Of a stretch of 55,880 nucleotides of DNA, positions 16,200 to 24,680 are shown one piece after another. Source of the DNA: an uncultured Candidatus Saccharibacteria bacterium (GTDB taxonomy: Bacteria; Patescibacteriota; Minisyncoccia; Phycocordibacterales; DSPV01). The translations under genes and the position numbers were made by a program. How positions within the stretch are numbered: the stretch's first letter is position 1; each line of letters opens with the position of its first letter. The DNA lies in NCBI GenBank assembly GCA_964616075.1, contig CAZTRA010000002.1, forward strand, positions 40,473 through 96,352, given 5' to 3'. The notes beneath the pieces were generated by a model. It was not told the DNA's origin and ran no database searches. It was given only the letters and a program-made list of their open reading frames with translations.

Positions 16200-17453
16200 A
16201 TGAATTATAGACAAACAATTAAAACTGCTGTACGAGGTGTCACTGCTAATAAATCACGGTCGGTGCTTACTATTTTGGGTATCGTAATCGGTATTACGGC
16301 AATTATGCTTGTGGTGGCACTTGGTGCTGGTGCGCAGAATCTTATTTTGGGACAAATACAAGGTATGGGGGCTCGCACGATTGTGGTGATTCCAGGACGT
16401 GAGCCGAGCGGCCCTTCAGATGCCGCAAGTGTTTTTCTTGATTCGCTCAAGGAGCGTGATCTTAAAGCGATTGAGAGTAAAACCAATGTACCGTATGCGG
16501 AACACGTGATGCCGATTGCATTTGGTACTCAGAAAATGTCGTATGGTAATGAAACGTATCAGGCTACTGTGTTGGGAGCAGGAAGCGAGAATGTGGATGA
16601 TGTGGTGTCTCGTATTTTTGATATTACTCCGTCGAAGGGGGTATTTTTTACCGCAGCTGACGTGCGGGCTAGGGCGGCCGTGGCGGTTATTGGTGATAAA
16701 GTGCGAGAAGAATTATTTGGCAATGAAAATCCGGTTGGTCAAAAATTTAAGATTGGGGGGTATACTGTGAAAGTGGTAGGAGTGCTTGGAAAAAAGGGAC
16801 AAGTATCTTTTTTCAATTTTGACGATATGGTAATCATTCCATACACCACAGCGCAAACATATGTGGTTGGGCGCAAATATTTTGATCGATTTATCGTATC
16901 GGCAATTGAAGAGCAGTATATAGATCGAACAGCCGAGGATTTACGGTATACCATTCGGGAGAATCACAACATTGATGATCCTGAAAAAGATGATTTTTTT
17001 ATTCAAACTCAAGCCGATTTAGCTGATCGATTAAAGACGGTCACATCAGCACTCACTGGTTTTTTGGTGGCGGTTGCTTCAATTGCGTTATTTGTCGGTG
17101 GTGTTGGTATTATGAATATTATGCTCGTATCGGTAACTGAGCGCACACGTGAAATCGGGTTACGCAAAGCGCTCGGTGCAACCAGTCGTGATATTTTGGC
17201 TCAATTTTTATCAGAGGCGGTGATGCTTACTGCGGCTGGAGGTTTTATTGGGGTTTTGTTTGGTACTGGACTTGCGTTCGTGATATCTTTGGGCCTTTCC
17301 TACGGCTTAAATCTTGATTGGCAGTTTGTGTTCCCATGGCAAGGTATGCTGTTAGGCCTCGGGGTGTCAGCTTTGGTCGGGCTGGTGTTTGGTGGTTATC
17401 CGGCACGTGAGGCCGCGAAAAAATCACCGATCGAGGCGTTGCGGTATGAGTGA
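16200..17453 (+). CDS. ABC transporter permease, MacB type (periplasmic core domain plus FtsX domain).
   Basis: The N-terminus (RSVLTILGIVIGITAIM) and the motif GGVGIMNIMLVSVTERTREIGLRKALGA are classic MacB-permease signatures. Confidence 0.85.
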   Translation: MNYRQTIKTAVRGVTANKSRSVLTILGIVIGITAIMLVVALGAGAQNLILGQIQGMGARTIVVIPGREPSGPSDAASVFLDSLKERDLKAIESKTNVPYAEHVMPIAFGTQKMSYGNETYQATVLGAGSENVDDVVSRIFDITPSKGVFFTAADVRARAAVAVIGDKVREELFGNENPVGQKFKIGGYTVKVVGVLGKKGQVSFFNFDDMVIIPYTTAQTYVVGRKYFDRFIVSAIEEQYIDRTAEDLRYTIRENHNIDDPEKDDFFIQTQADLADRLKTVTSALTGFLVAVASIALFVGGVGIMNIMLVSVTERTREIGLRKALGATSRDILAQFLSEAVMLTAAGGFIGVLFGTGLAFVISLGLSYGLNLDWQFVFPWQGMLLGLGVSALVGLVFGGYPAREAAKKSPIEALRYE

Positions 17454-17480
17454 TGGGTGACATGGTATAGTGTTTTTCAC

Positions 17481-18332
17481 ATGACCACTCTTTTTTTGGG
17501 CAAACCAGTTGCCGATCAGATTGCAGCAACTCTTACTGAGCGTATTGCAAGGTTTGCACGTACCCCGACTCTCGCGATCGTATCGGTCGGGAATCGTGCC
17601 GATACGGCAGCATTTATTACCGCGAAGGAACGTTTTGCTGCTCGTATTGGTGTACATATTGATCGTCGATCGTTTCCTGAATCTGTGTCTACAAATGAGC
17701 TTGTTCGTACGCTTGAAACTCTATCACAAGACAATATGATTGATGGCATTATTGTGCAGTTGCCGTTGCCGTCACATTTGGAGGTTGAATCATTGTTTGC
17801 TCAAGTAGTGCCATCTAAAGACATTGATGGATTGACCGCTCATAACATAAAAGCATTGGTTAGTGGCACACCTCAGATTCTTCCAGCGACTGCGCGTGGT
17901 ATTATGAATTTACTCAATGCACACGGTGTTGCAGTAAGAGGAGCTCGGGTGGTTGTGGTGGGCCGTTCGGTATTAGTAGGGAAGTCTGTTGCATTGACTC
18001 TTCTTGCACACGATGCGACGGTTACGTTGTGTCATAGAAAAACAAAAAATCTTTCGACTATTACTCAAGAGGCGGATATATTAATCGTTGCAAGTGGGTC
18101 TCCTGGGTTGATCGGTGCGGCGCATGTTCGTCCAGGGCAGGTTGTCATTGATGTGGGGATTACAAATGTCGAAGGAGATGTATTTGGCAAGAAAAAACTT
18201 GTGGGTGATGTTGTGTGTGAAGAGGTTGCGCCCGTTGTTGCCGCTCTTTCTCCGGTCCCTGGTGGAGTTGGCCCGATGACAGTGTCCGCGCTATTTCAAA
18301 ACTTGGTTGATGTGGCAGCGCAACCAAAATGA
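17481..18332 (+). CDS. folD: Bifunctional methylenetetrahydrofolate dehydrogenase/cyclohydrolase.
   Basis: DGIIVQLPLP, VVVVGRSVLVGKSVA and PVPGGVGPMT motifs. The start is the in-frame ATG 17481 (track start 17457). Confidence 0.9.
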   Translation: MTTLFLGKPVADQIAATLTERIARFARTPTLAIVSVGNRADTAAFITAKERFAARIGVHIDRRSFPESVSTNELVRTLETLSQDNMIDGIIVQLPLPSHLEVESLFAQVVPSKDIDGLTAHNIKALVSGTPQILPATARGIMNLLNAHGVAVRGARVVVVGRSVLVGKSVALTLLAHDATVTLCHRKTKNLSTITQEADILIVASGSPGLIGAAHVRPGQVVIDVGITNVEGDVFGKKKLVGDVVCEEVAPVVAALSPVPGGVGPMTVSALFQNLVDVAAQPK

Positions 18333-18385
18333 ATCTATGTCATTATTAAGAGTACCGTGAGTATATAATCATTAATATAAGTAAT

Positions 18386-19201
18386 ATGATGCAATCATTT
18401 GAACAACAAGGGCAACAGAGTCAGATAGGACGAATTATTCAAAGTTTTCGTCCGTGGATTTTGCTTGTCCTATCATTAGTATCAATTTTTCTTGTCGCTA
18501 AAACAATAAGCGAATTTCAATATCCTGCCGGTAATAAATCACCACAACCGACAATTATGGTTCAAGGTAAAGGTGAGATATATGTGAAGCCGGATATTGC
18601 AACAGTGTCTTTTGGGGTTACCTCGGAGTCTTTAGATGTTGCGAAAGCTCAAACAGAGTCAGCTGAAAAAATAAATGCCATTATTGCGGCGCTTAAAAAA
18701 GAAGGAATTGCCGATAAGGATATTAAAACAACAAACTATAATATTTATCCGCGGCACGAATATTCTTCAAAAATAACAACGTATGGATATGTGCAGGATG
18801 GTAAACGTACACTTGCGGGGTACGTGGTAACTCAGAATTTGGTAATTAAGATTCGTGAATTATCGAAGGCGGGCAGCATTATTACAGTACTCGGTTCTTT
18901 GGGGGCGACTGATGTGTCAGGATTGTCTTTTGAGGTTGACAATGATGATGTGGTGAAGGCACAGGCTCGTGCTGAGGCTATTGCAGAAGCAAAAGCGAAG
19001 GCTGAAACTATGGCTGACGCACTTGGCGTGAAGCTTGTCCGCATCGTTGGTTTTAGTGAGGATTATTATTATCCGGTTATGTATCGTGCCGCAACACTTG
19101 ATATGAAGGGTGGTATAGGTGGTGCTGGGGCTGTTCCAGAAATTGCGACTGGTGAAAATGTAGTGACCGCAAACGTGAACGTCACTTACGAAATCCGTTA
19201 A
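18386..19201 (+). CDS. SIMPL-domain (DUF541) secreted or membrane-anchored protein.
   Basis: An N-terminal TM segment followed by GEIYVKPDIATVSFGV...AKAQTESAEKINAIIAALKKEGI..DIKTTNYNIYP, the typical SIMPL pattern. Confidence 0.8.
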   Translation: MMQSFEQQGQQSQIGRIIQSFRPWILLVLSLVSIFLVAKTISEFQYPAGNKSPQPTIMVQGKGEIYVKPDIATVSFGVTSESLDVAKAQTESAEKINAIIAALKKEGIADKDIKTTNYNIYPRHEYSSKITTYGYVQDGKRTLAGYVVTQNLVIKIRELSKAGSIITVLGSLGATDVSGLSFEVDNDDVVKAQARAEAIAEAKAKAETMADALGVKLVRIVGFSEDYYYPVMYRAATLDMKGGIGGAGAVPEIATGENVVTANVNVTYEIR

Positions 19202-19207
19202 TAAAAT

Positions 19208-19268
19208 GGTATGCTACAGACCCTCAGTATGGAGGTCTGTAGCATACCTTGACGGGATCCGTTTTTTT
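19208..19268 (+). terminator. Terminator region: a 15-bp hairpin followed by a small hairpin with a T7 run.
   Basis: GGTATGCTACAGACC (19208..19222) pairs with GGTCTGTAGCATACC (19234..19248). ACGG-GAT-CCGT followed by TTTTTTT ends at 19268. Confidence 0.7.
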
Positions 19269-19307
19269 GATAAGATAGTTATGTAGCCCCCGCGGGCTGT
19301 TTTTTTT
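19249..19307 (+). promoter_or_regulatory. Putative promoter of secE-nusG-rplK, followed immediately by a terminator-like hairpin (possible attenuator).
   Basis: TTGACG (19249..19254), a 16-nt spacer, then TAAGAT (19271..19276). AGCCC-CCGC-GGGCT followed by G and T8 (19285..19307) ends 12 nt before the secE ATG. Confidence 0.4.
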
Positions 19308-19319
19308 AATTAGACATGT

Positions 19320-19502
19320 ATGTCAAAAATCACTGAATATTTCAAAGAAACAAAAGCTGAATTTAAACATGTGAATTGGCCAACTCGCCAACAAACACTC
19401 ATGTACACAATTACTGTTGTATTTGTGTCTATATGTACCGCAGCATTTTTGGGTGCGTTTGATACACTTTTTGCATACCTCCTTCGTTTGATTGTCTCTT
19501 AA
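19320..19502 (+). CDS. secE: Preprotein translocase subunit SecE.
   Basis: A 60-aa single-TM protein with FKETKAEFKHVNWPTRQQT followed by the TM helix. It sits in the conserved position upstream of nusG. Confidence 0.9.
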   Translation: MSKITEYFKETKAEFKHVNWPTRQQTLMYTITVVFVSICTAAFLGAFDTLFAYLLRLIVS

Positions 19503-19516
19503 AAATTATTTAATTT

Positions 19517-20062
19517 ATGGCAAAGCAACAGACTGATGGTTCTCGTAATTGGTACGCTATTCATACTTACGCCGGGTATGAGAATGCAGTTCAACGAAAC
19601 CTTAAACAGCGTATTGAGTCACTTGGTATGGAAGACCGTATTTTTAACGTAGTTGTTCCAACCGAAAAGAAAGTAAAGGTTAAAGGGAATAAGCGTGTCG
19701 TTGAAGAAGAAAAAATTTATCCGGGATATATTTTGGTTGACATGGTGGTAACTGATGATTCGTGGTACGTAGTCCGCAATACGCCCCGTGTGACCGGATT
19801 TGTAGGTTCAGGTGTGTTTCCAGTGCCACTTTCCAAAGCAGAAGTCGATGAATTGTTCCGTCGTATGAATACTGATACTGCACAGCACACTATAGACCTT
19901 GATGTTGATGATGTGGTCGCTATTGTTGATGGTCCGTTTAAAGATCTTGAAGGGAAGGTCAATGAAATTGATCAAAACCGAGGGAAAATTAAGGTGTTGG
20001 TCTCAATGTTTGGCCGTGAGACTCCAGTTGAGCTCGATTTTTTACAAGTACGTCGTATTTAA
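19517..20062 (+). CDS. nusG: Transcription termination/antitermination factor NusG.
   Basis: WYAIHTYAGYENAV (NGN domain) and a C-terminal KOW motif (VAIVDGPFKDLEGKV). Confidence 0.95.
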   Translation: MAKQQTDGSRNWYAIHTYAGYENAVQRNLKQRIESLGMEDRIFNVVVPTEKKVKVKGNKRVVEEEKIYPGYILVDMVVTDDSWYVVRNTPRVTGFVGSGVFPVPLSKAEVDELFRRMNTDTAQHTIDLDVDDVVAIVDGPFKDLEGKVNEIDQNRGKIKVLVSMFGRETPVELDFLQVRRI

Positions 20063-20114
20063 TAAGGGTGCTTTACCTTGTGACATACTTCTGATATCCT
20101 AACTACCCACTACT

Positions 20115-20543
20115 ATGGCAGCTAAAAAACCAATTCGAAAATTACAATTGCTACCGATTGAAGCTGGTAAAGCTACTCCGGCACCGCCGCTTGGCCCAGC
20201 GCTTGGTCAGGCGAAGGTTAATATTGGTGAGTTTGTTACTCGTTTCAATGCGGCAACGCAGACAATGAAAGGCGAAAAACTCCCTGTCACGGTGCTTATT
20301 TACGAGGATAAGACATTCGAGCTAGTGCTCAAAAAGCCCCTTGCTTCAACACTTATAAAGAAAGCTGCGGGTATTGAAAAAGGTTCTGGTAAAAATGCTG
20401 TTTCAAAAGTTGGTTCTATTACGAAAGCTCAGTTACGTGAGTTGGCAGAGAAGAAGCTTCCTGATCTCAATGCTGGTTCACTTGAAGCCGCGATGCGCAT
20501 CTTAGAAGGTTCAGCCCGTTCCATAGGTGTTGATGTTAAATAG
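20115..20543 (+). CDS. rplK: 50S ribosomal protein L11.
   Basis: The [16 protein letters not shown] motif and full-length similarity to L11. Confidence 0.95.
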   Translation: MAAKKPIRKLQLLPIEAGKATPAPPLGPALGQAKVNIGEFVTRFNAATQTMKGEKLPVTVLIYEDKTFELVLKKPLASTLIKKAAGIEKGSGKNAVSKVGSITKAQLRELAEKKLPDLNAGSLEAAMRILEGSARSIGVDVK

Positions 20544-20553
20544 GTATGCAAGA

Positions 20554-20587
20554 TAAAAAAATCCCACTATAACGGTGGGATTTTTTT
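20554..20587. terminator. Bidirectional terminator between rplK (+) and the convergent dcd-like gene (-).
   Basis: An A7 run, ATCCCAC-loop-GTGGGAT, then a T7 run. Confidence 0.85.
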
Positions 20588-20609
20588 ATCTTTGGTAGTA
20601 TATGTACAT

Positions 20610-21242
20610 CTATACGACTGGGTAATTGTTTTTCAAAATTTTAATATTACCCCCCATGATCATATCGTTTTCCTCAGTTGATTCTTTGGTTGTGCCCTCG
20701 ATAATATCCTTCTTTGTGTATTTGTCTTTGCGGGGGACGACAGGACTGGTAAGTTCTTCAAAAACAATTTGGGCAATACGTTCTCCGGGGTAGAGACGGG
20801 CTATTTGTTCGTTGTTGTTGTTGCGCATGGGGAGTGTGAGTAGTCCTTCAAAACCCGCATCAATAAGGCCTGTGAGGTCAAGTGAAAGTCCACGACGATT
20901 TGTTGATGATCGTGGATAGAGAACCCCCATCAGGTTATTAGAAAGTTTAATCTTCTCCAACGTTGACACGATAACGTATTCTCCCGGGAGGAGTTCAAAA
21001 TACTGACCTTGTGAAAGTTCGATGACATCAAAAAACTGAGCATTAATTCGGTCAAAGTTAGTGATATCGAGCGCTTCGCGACCTTTAACTGTGAGGTGCC
21101 ACGTTTTTGGTACCATAAAGGTGTACCCAAGACGAAGATCAACTGAATGTTCTTGTAGTTGGAAACTATCCAGTCCCGGGTCAAAAGAAAGTGTCCCTGC
21201 TTTAATATGATCGAGAATGTGTTTTTTTGTGATAACGCTCAT
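20610..21242 (-). CDS. dcd: dCTP deaminase family protein (Dcd or bifunctional Dcd-dUTPase).
   Basis: HSVDLRLG and PRSSTNRRGLSLD...IDAGFEGLLTLPMRN are typical of the Dcd/dUTPase-fold family. Confidence 0.8.
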   Translation of the reverse strand: MSVITKKHILDHIKAGTLSFDPGLDSFQLQEHSVDLRLGYTFMVPKTWHLTVKGREALDITNFDRINAQFFDVIELSQGQYFELLPGEYVIVSTLEKIKLSNNLMGVLYPRSSTNRRGLSLDLTGLIDAGFEGLLTLPMRNNNNEQIARLYPGERIAQIVFEELTSPVVPRKDKYTKKDIIEGTTKESTEENDMIMGGNIKILKNNYPVV

Positions 21243-21267
21243 CGGAGTGTAGTTAATGTTCGTACTA

Positions 21268-21768
21268 TTATATCACCACATGTTTCCGTATGAGGGTGAG
21301 ATATGTAAATGGCGGGGACAGGTCAGTATGCAATTCTTCTGCACTCACAGTGAATGTATTATAGTTCGGGAAAAAAACATCAGCCTCCGGTTCGTCTTCG
21401 ACAATGGTCAAATATAAACGGTCTGCATACGTGATTGTCTGTTCATACAACATGGCACCACCAATAATGAAGGTTTCCCCCGTTTTTTCTTTTGTGGCAC
21501 GCTGCAAGGCTTCTTCCACGGTGTGACACACCACGGCGCCCGTAATTGTGTGCAACGTCTTTGAGACGACGATATTTGTCCTTCCGGGGAGTGGTTTCCC
21601 TATTGATTCGAAGGTTTTTCGTCCCATAATGATTGGGTGACCCATGGTTATTTTTTTGAATCGAGGTAAATCTCCTGGTAGGTGCCAGAGAAGTTGGTTT
21701 TTATTTCCTAGTGCTCGGCGATCTTTTGATATCGCAGCAATGAGTGAAATATGTTCTTTGTGTGGCAT
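21268..21768 (-). CDS. folA: Dihydrofolate reductase.
   Basis: ISLIAAISKDRRALGNKNQLLWHLPGDLPRFKKITMGHPIIMGRKTFESIG and TFIIGGAMLYEQ motifs. Confidence 0.9.
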   Translation of the reverse strand: MPHKEHISLIAAISKDRRALGNKNQLLWHLPGDLPRFKKITMGHPIIMGRKTFESIGKPLPGRTNIVVSKTLHTITGAVVCHTVEEALQRATKEKTGETFIIGGAMLYEQTITYADRLYLTIVEDEPEADVFFPNYNTFTVSAEELHTDLSPPFTYLTLIRKHVVI

Positions 21769-21849
21769 TTTTTATATCCGGCAAGAGGGTTTTTCAAATT
21801 TAAGTAAATGCAGAGAATAGTAGTTTTTTAATTTAAAAACAGATCGTTT

Positions 21850-22527
21850 TTATTTTTCAATTTCTCGATCTTTATAGAGCCGAGGAAGCATCATTTCTGG
21901 TTTCCATTTCTTTTTCAAAATAGTAACATCTTCGGTTGAATTATATTTACCTTTAACATTGTAATCATGGTTGAGAATCTCTCCTGTTTCAAAAAAAACT
22001 AATTGAGCTATTCGTCTCCCTACGACCAGGGGGATTGCGTAGTGTTTAGAATTATTTGTAATCTCCATTGTCCAACGATTGATGTAACCAACATCTCCCC
22101 ATCCAGCACACTTACAAACTTCAATAAAACTTCTCCCTAACGAAGATCGTGCCTTCATCATGGTTGTGATGGTATGTAGCCCGCCGATAAATTCATTCGT
22201 GTGGGCCAAAATTGTTTCTCCAGGTTCGAGCAAGATAACTTTGTCGTTGGGTTTAATGGAGCTGGTGTCAAGTTTTATGTTTTTGAAAACTTCTTTTGCT
22301 GATTTTGCCTTGTGGTATCCTTGGCCGTTCCATATGCGGCGCATATGGTCTTCGTTCCAAATATCGTAAATTTTATTGTTATAACGATCAGGTTTTGCTT
22401 CACGGTAATAGTATTCACCGAGGGTTACATCGTAACTCGAAGTAGAAAGACTTTTTGGGTCAAATGGTTCAATGATAACGTTTCCACGCCTCATTTCTTC
22501 CAGAATTCTTTTATCAGAGAGTGCCAT
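21850..22527 (-). CDS. Second, divergent dCTP deaminase/dUTPase-fold protein.
   Basis: SYDVTLGEYYY and KARSSLGRSFIEVCKCAGWGDVGYINRWTMEITNNS follow the same fold signature as Dcd, with long insertions relative to the 20610 copy. Confidence 0.7.
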   Translation of the reverse strand: MALSDKRILEEMRRGNVIIEPFDPKSLSTSSYDVTLGEYYYREAKPDRYNNKIYDIWNEDHMRRIWNGQGYHKAKSAKEVFKNIKLDTSSIKPNDKVILLEPGETILAHTNEFIGGLHTITTMMKARSSLGRSFIEVCKCAGWGDVGYINRWTMEITNNSKHYAIPLVVGRRIAQLVFFETGEILNHDYNVKGKYNSTEDVTILKKKWKPEMMLPRLYKDREIEK

Positions 22528-22532
22528 GGTGT

Positions 22533-23381
22533 TTATACAGCCATTTTGGCTTTAATTGCTTCTTCGGGGTTATAATTTTCCAGTTTTACAAAGCGATAAA
22601 TATCATCCGGTCCGTTAATCTTTTTAATATCAATGTCGCTCAGGTTCTTTATTTTTGGATTGAGCCACAGGGTAGGTAGTTTTTTTGGTTTGCGTTTGAG
22701 TTGAATTTTTACTGCAGAGAAGTGATCTTCGTAAATGTGTGCATCTCCGAGTGTGAGGATTAGTTCGCGAGGTTTGTGGTTCGTCATTTGAGCAATAAGG
22801 TGGAGGAGAAGAGCATACGAAGCAATATTGAAAGGAACGCCAAGAAACATATCACAGCTACGTTGAAACATGTGGAGCGATAATTCACTATTTGCAGAAT
22901 GGAATTGGTAGATCATGTGACAAGGAGGGAGCGCCATTTGATCGAGCTCTCCTGGGTTCCAGGCTGTAACCACAAGGCGACGATCGTGGGGGTCTTTCCT
23001 AAGACGATCAATGATTCCTTGGAGCTGATCAATAATTTTTCCGTCAGGTGTTTTCCATGTTCTCCATTGCACACCATATACTCTACCTAAGTCGCCTTTA
23101 AATTTTGCTTTTGGTTTCCAGTAATCAGCTTCTGCGTTTGCGTCCCAAATGTGGCAGCCGAGACGGTTGAGTTCATTGTTGTCAGAATTTGCTGAAAGAA
23201 ACCAGAATAATTCCGCGGCCATAGTGCGAAAGGCAAGCTTCTTTGTGGTTGTTGCGGGGAAGCCTTTACGAAGGTCAAAACGCATGGGTACGGTAAAGAG
23301 TCCTCGGGTATTGCCGTTGCGTCCTTTTCGATCGACTCCCTTTTTCATTATTTCTTTTAATACGTCAAGATATATTTTCAT
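22533..23381 (-). CDS. thyA: Thymidylate synthase (ThyA type).
   Basis: LPPCH (catalytic Cys), FQRSCDMFLGVPFNIASYALL and GDAHIY. The start is the in-frame ATG 23381 (MKIYLDVLKEI). The track start 23456 would add 25 atypical residues and overlap tmk. Confidence 0.9.
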   Translation of the reverse strand: MKIYLDVLKEIMKKGVDRKGRNGNTRGLFTVPMRFDLRKGFPATTTKKLAFRTMAAELFWFLSANSDNNELNRLGCHIWDANAEADYWKPKAKFKGDLGRVYGVQWRTWKTPDGKIIDQLQGIIDRLRKDPHDRRLVVTAWNPGELDQMALPPCHMIYQFHSANSELSLHMFQRSCDMFLGVPFNIASYALLLHLIAQMTNHKPRELILTLGDAHIYEDHFSAVKIQLKRKPKKLPTLWLNPKIKNLSDIDIKKINGPDDIYRFVKLENYNPEEAIKAKMAV

Positions 23382-23419
23382 AATAAGGGCAGTTATGATT
23401 GTAGGAAGTCTATCATAAA

Positions 23420-24175
23420 ATGCATTCTGTTCACGATAATAAAAAGCAATGGACAAAGAAATTTACAAAGCGTAAAAAAGGTGTATTGATTGTTATTGAC
23501 GGTAATGATGGTTCAGGGAAAGCAACCCAGGCAGCTTTACTTGTTGGGAAGTTACAAAAAGAGGGTTTTTTGGTTAAAAAAATTGATTTTCCTAGGTATG
23601 AGGAGAATTTTTTTGGAAAATTTATTGGTGAATGTGTGAGAGGGGAGCGTGGTGATTTTTCTGTTATAGATCCAAAGATTGCTTCTGTGTTGTATGCTGC
23701 AGATCGTTTTGAAACGCGTGAGCTTATTACATCGTGGTTGAAAAAAGGTTATGTTGTTGTTGCTGATCGATACGTGAGTGCTAATCAGATCCATCAAGGG
23801 GGGAAAATTATAGATAAAAAGGAACGGATATCTTTTCTGGAATGGTTGCATCATATGGAGCATGCTGTTTTTAAAATTCCAAAACCTGATTTAGTTGTGT
23901 ACTTATCTGTGCCAGTATCTGTAAGCTTAGAGCGGTTAAAAAAGTCAGAATTAATTAATAAGAAAAAATATCTAAAAGGGGGTAAGGATATTCTGGAGCA
24001 AAATATTCAATACTTGAAAAATTCAAAATCTGGTGCCGAATGGATTTCAAAAGTTGATGCTTCGTGGAGAAGAGTGGACTGTTGTCCCAAAGGTAAAAAC
24101 CTCTTTCCAGAAGAGGTTCATCTCAAAGTTTACAAGATTGTTGGTGAATTCCTTGCAAAAGGGAGTCGTGATTAA
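23420..24175 (+). CDS. tmk: Thymidylate kinase.
   Basis: P-loop IDGNDGSGKATQ, YAADRFE, and a LID-like region. The start is uncertain. An in-frame TTG just before IVIDG (about 23492, counted from the protein) would widen the divergent thyA-tmk intergenic region. Confidence 0.85.
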   Translation: MHSVHDNKKQWTKKFTKRKKGVLIVIDGNDGSGKATQAALLVGKLQKEGFLVKKIDFPRYEENFFGKFIGECVRGERGDFSVIDPKIASVLYAADRFETRELITSWLKKGYVVVADRYVSANQIHQGGKIIDKKERISFLEWLHHMEHAVFKIPKPDLVVYLSVPVSVSLERLKKSELINKKKYLKGGKDILEQNIQYLKNSKSGAEWISKVDASWRRVDCCPKGKNLFPEEVHLKVYKIVGEFLAKGSRD

Positions 24176-24209
24176 AAACCATTGTCAATTTGGATTGACA
24201 ATGGTTTTT
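24174..24209. terminator. Perfect 15-bp hairpin flanked by an A-run and a T-run (bidirectional terminator shape).
   Basis: AAAAACCATTGTCAA (24174..24188) pairs with TTGACAATGGTTTTT (24195..24209). It overlaps the tmk stop codon. Confidence 0.75.
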
Positions 24210-24641
24210 AATCACCAGTATGGTGTGTGCGGATGTTTTCACGAACAATCAAGAGGAGGGAGGGTGTGTGGCTACTACAATGAGGCGTATGTTCCCAAGG
24301 AAAGAAGTTTTATTCTGTCTGGGAGCTGTGTGTCTTGCTTAGCACGGTCCCAAGTTTCTAAGGAAAAGCTGTTGTTGCCGATACAGCTTGTGGGTAACAT
24401 GTCGCTCATTCGTGCGCCGGCATTTCATCTTGAGTTAAAAGATGATGCTGATATGCATGTAATGCTCACTTGGTGTGTTTGGAGAGGCTATCGATCAGTG
24501 TTTCAATACCGTGTGTCGTTTTGCCATTTTTCGGAAAGAGCAAGGTACGTTACGTATACAGGTGTATGCGCACCGAGATGCGGCTCTTCTCAAAGAGATT
24601 CACGTGTGGCCGGTTGCTCCCGTATATATGGCCATGGCTAG
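24201..24641 (+). CDS. Questionable ORF: a 146-aa Cys-rich hypothetical protein.
   Basis: This is the only long open frame in an otherwise unassigned 0.5-kb gap (part of track ORF 24033..24641). It has 10 Cys residues, ends 9 nt before a terminator, and its ATG is buried in the 3' arm of the upstream hairpin. I recognised no family. Confidence 0.3.
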   Translation: MVFNHQYGVCGCFHEQSRGGRVCGYYNEAYVPKERSFILSGSCVSCLARSQVSKEKLLLPIQLVGNMSLIRAPAFHLELKDDADMHVMLTWCVWRGYRSVFQYRVSFCHFSERARYVTYTGVCAPRCGSSQRDSRVAGCSRIYGHG

Positions 24642-24649
24642 CTCTTTGT

Positions 24650-24680
24650 ATCGCCCGGTGAAAAACCCGGGCGATTTTTT
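24650..24680 (+). terminator. Rho-independent terminator.
   Basis: ATCGCCCGG-loop-CCGGGCGAT followed by TTTTTT. Confidence 0.85.

Noticed and set aside
22533-23381. The ThyA homolog as a phage-type dCMP/dUMP hydroxymethylase (base hypermodification).
   Set aside because: It retains PPCH, QRSCD and in particular Asn in PFNIASY (the dUMP-specifying residue, which is Asp in dCMP hydroxymethylases). It also sits next to folA, as expected for a true thymidylate synthase.
24210-24650. A known structured RNA (RNase P RNA, tmRNA, SRP RNA, 6S, or a ZTP or THF riboswitch upstream of glyA).
   Set aside because: I could not find the diagnostic strings: no GGAAAGTCC-type P4 for RNase P, no tRNA-like GGTTCGA T-arm for tmRNA, no GGAAGCAGCC-type SRP domain IV, and no ZTP CCGCCTGGG-type pseudoknot arm. 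A covariance-model scan is still needed.
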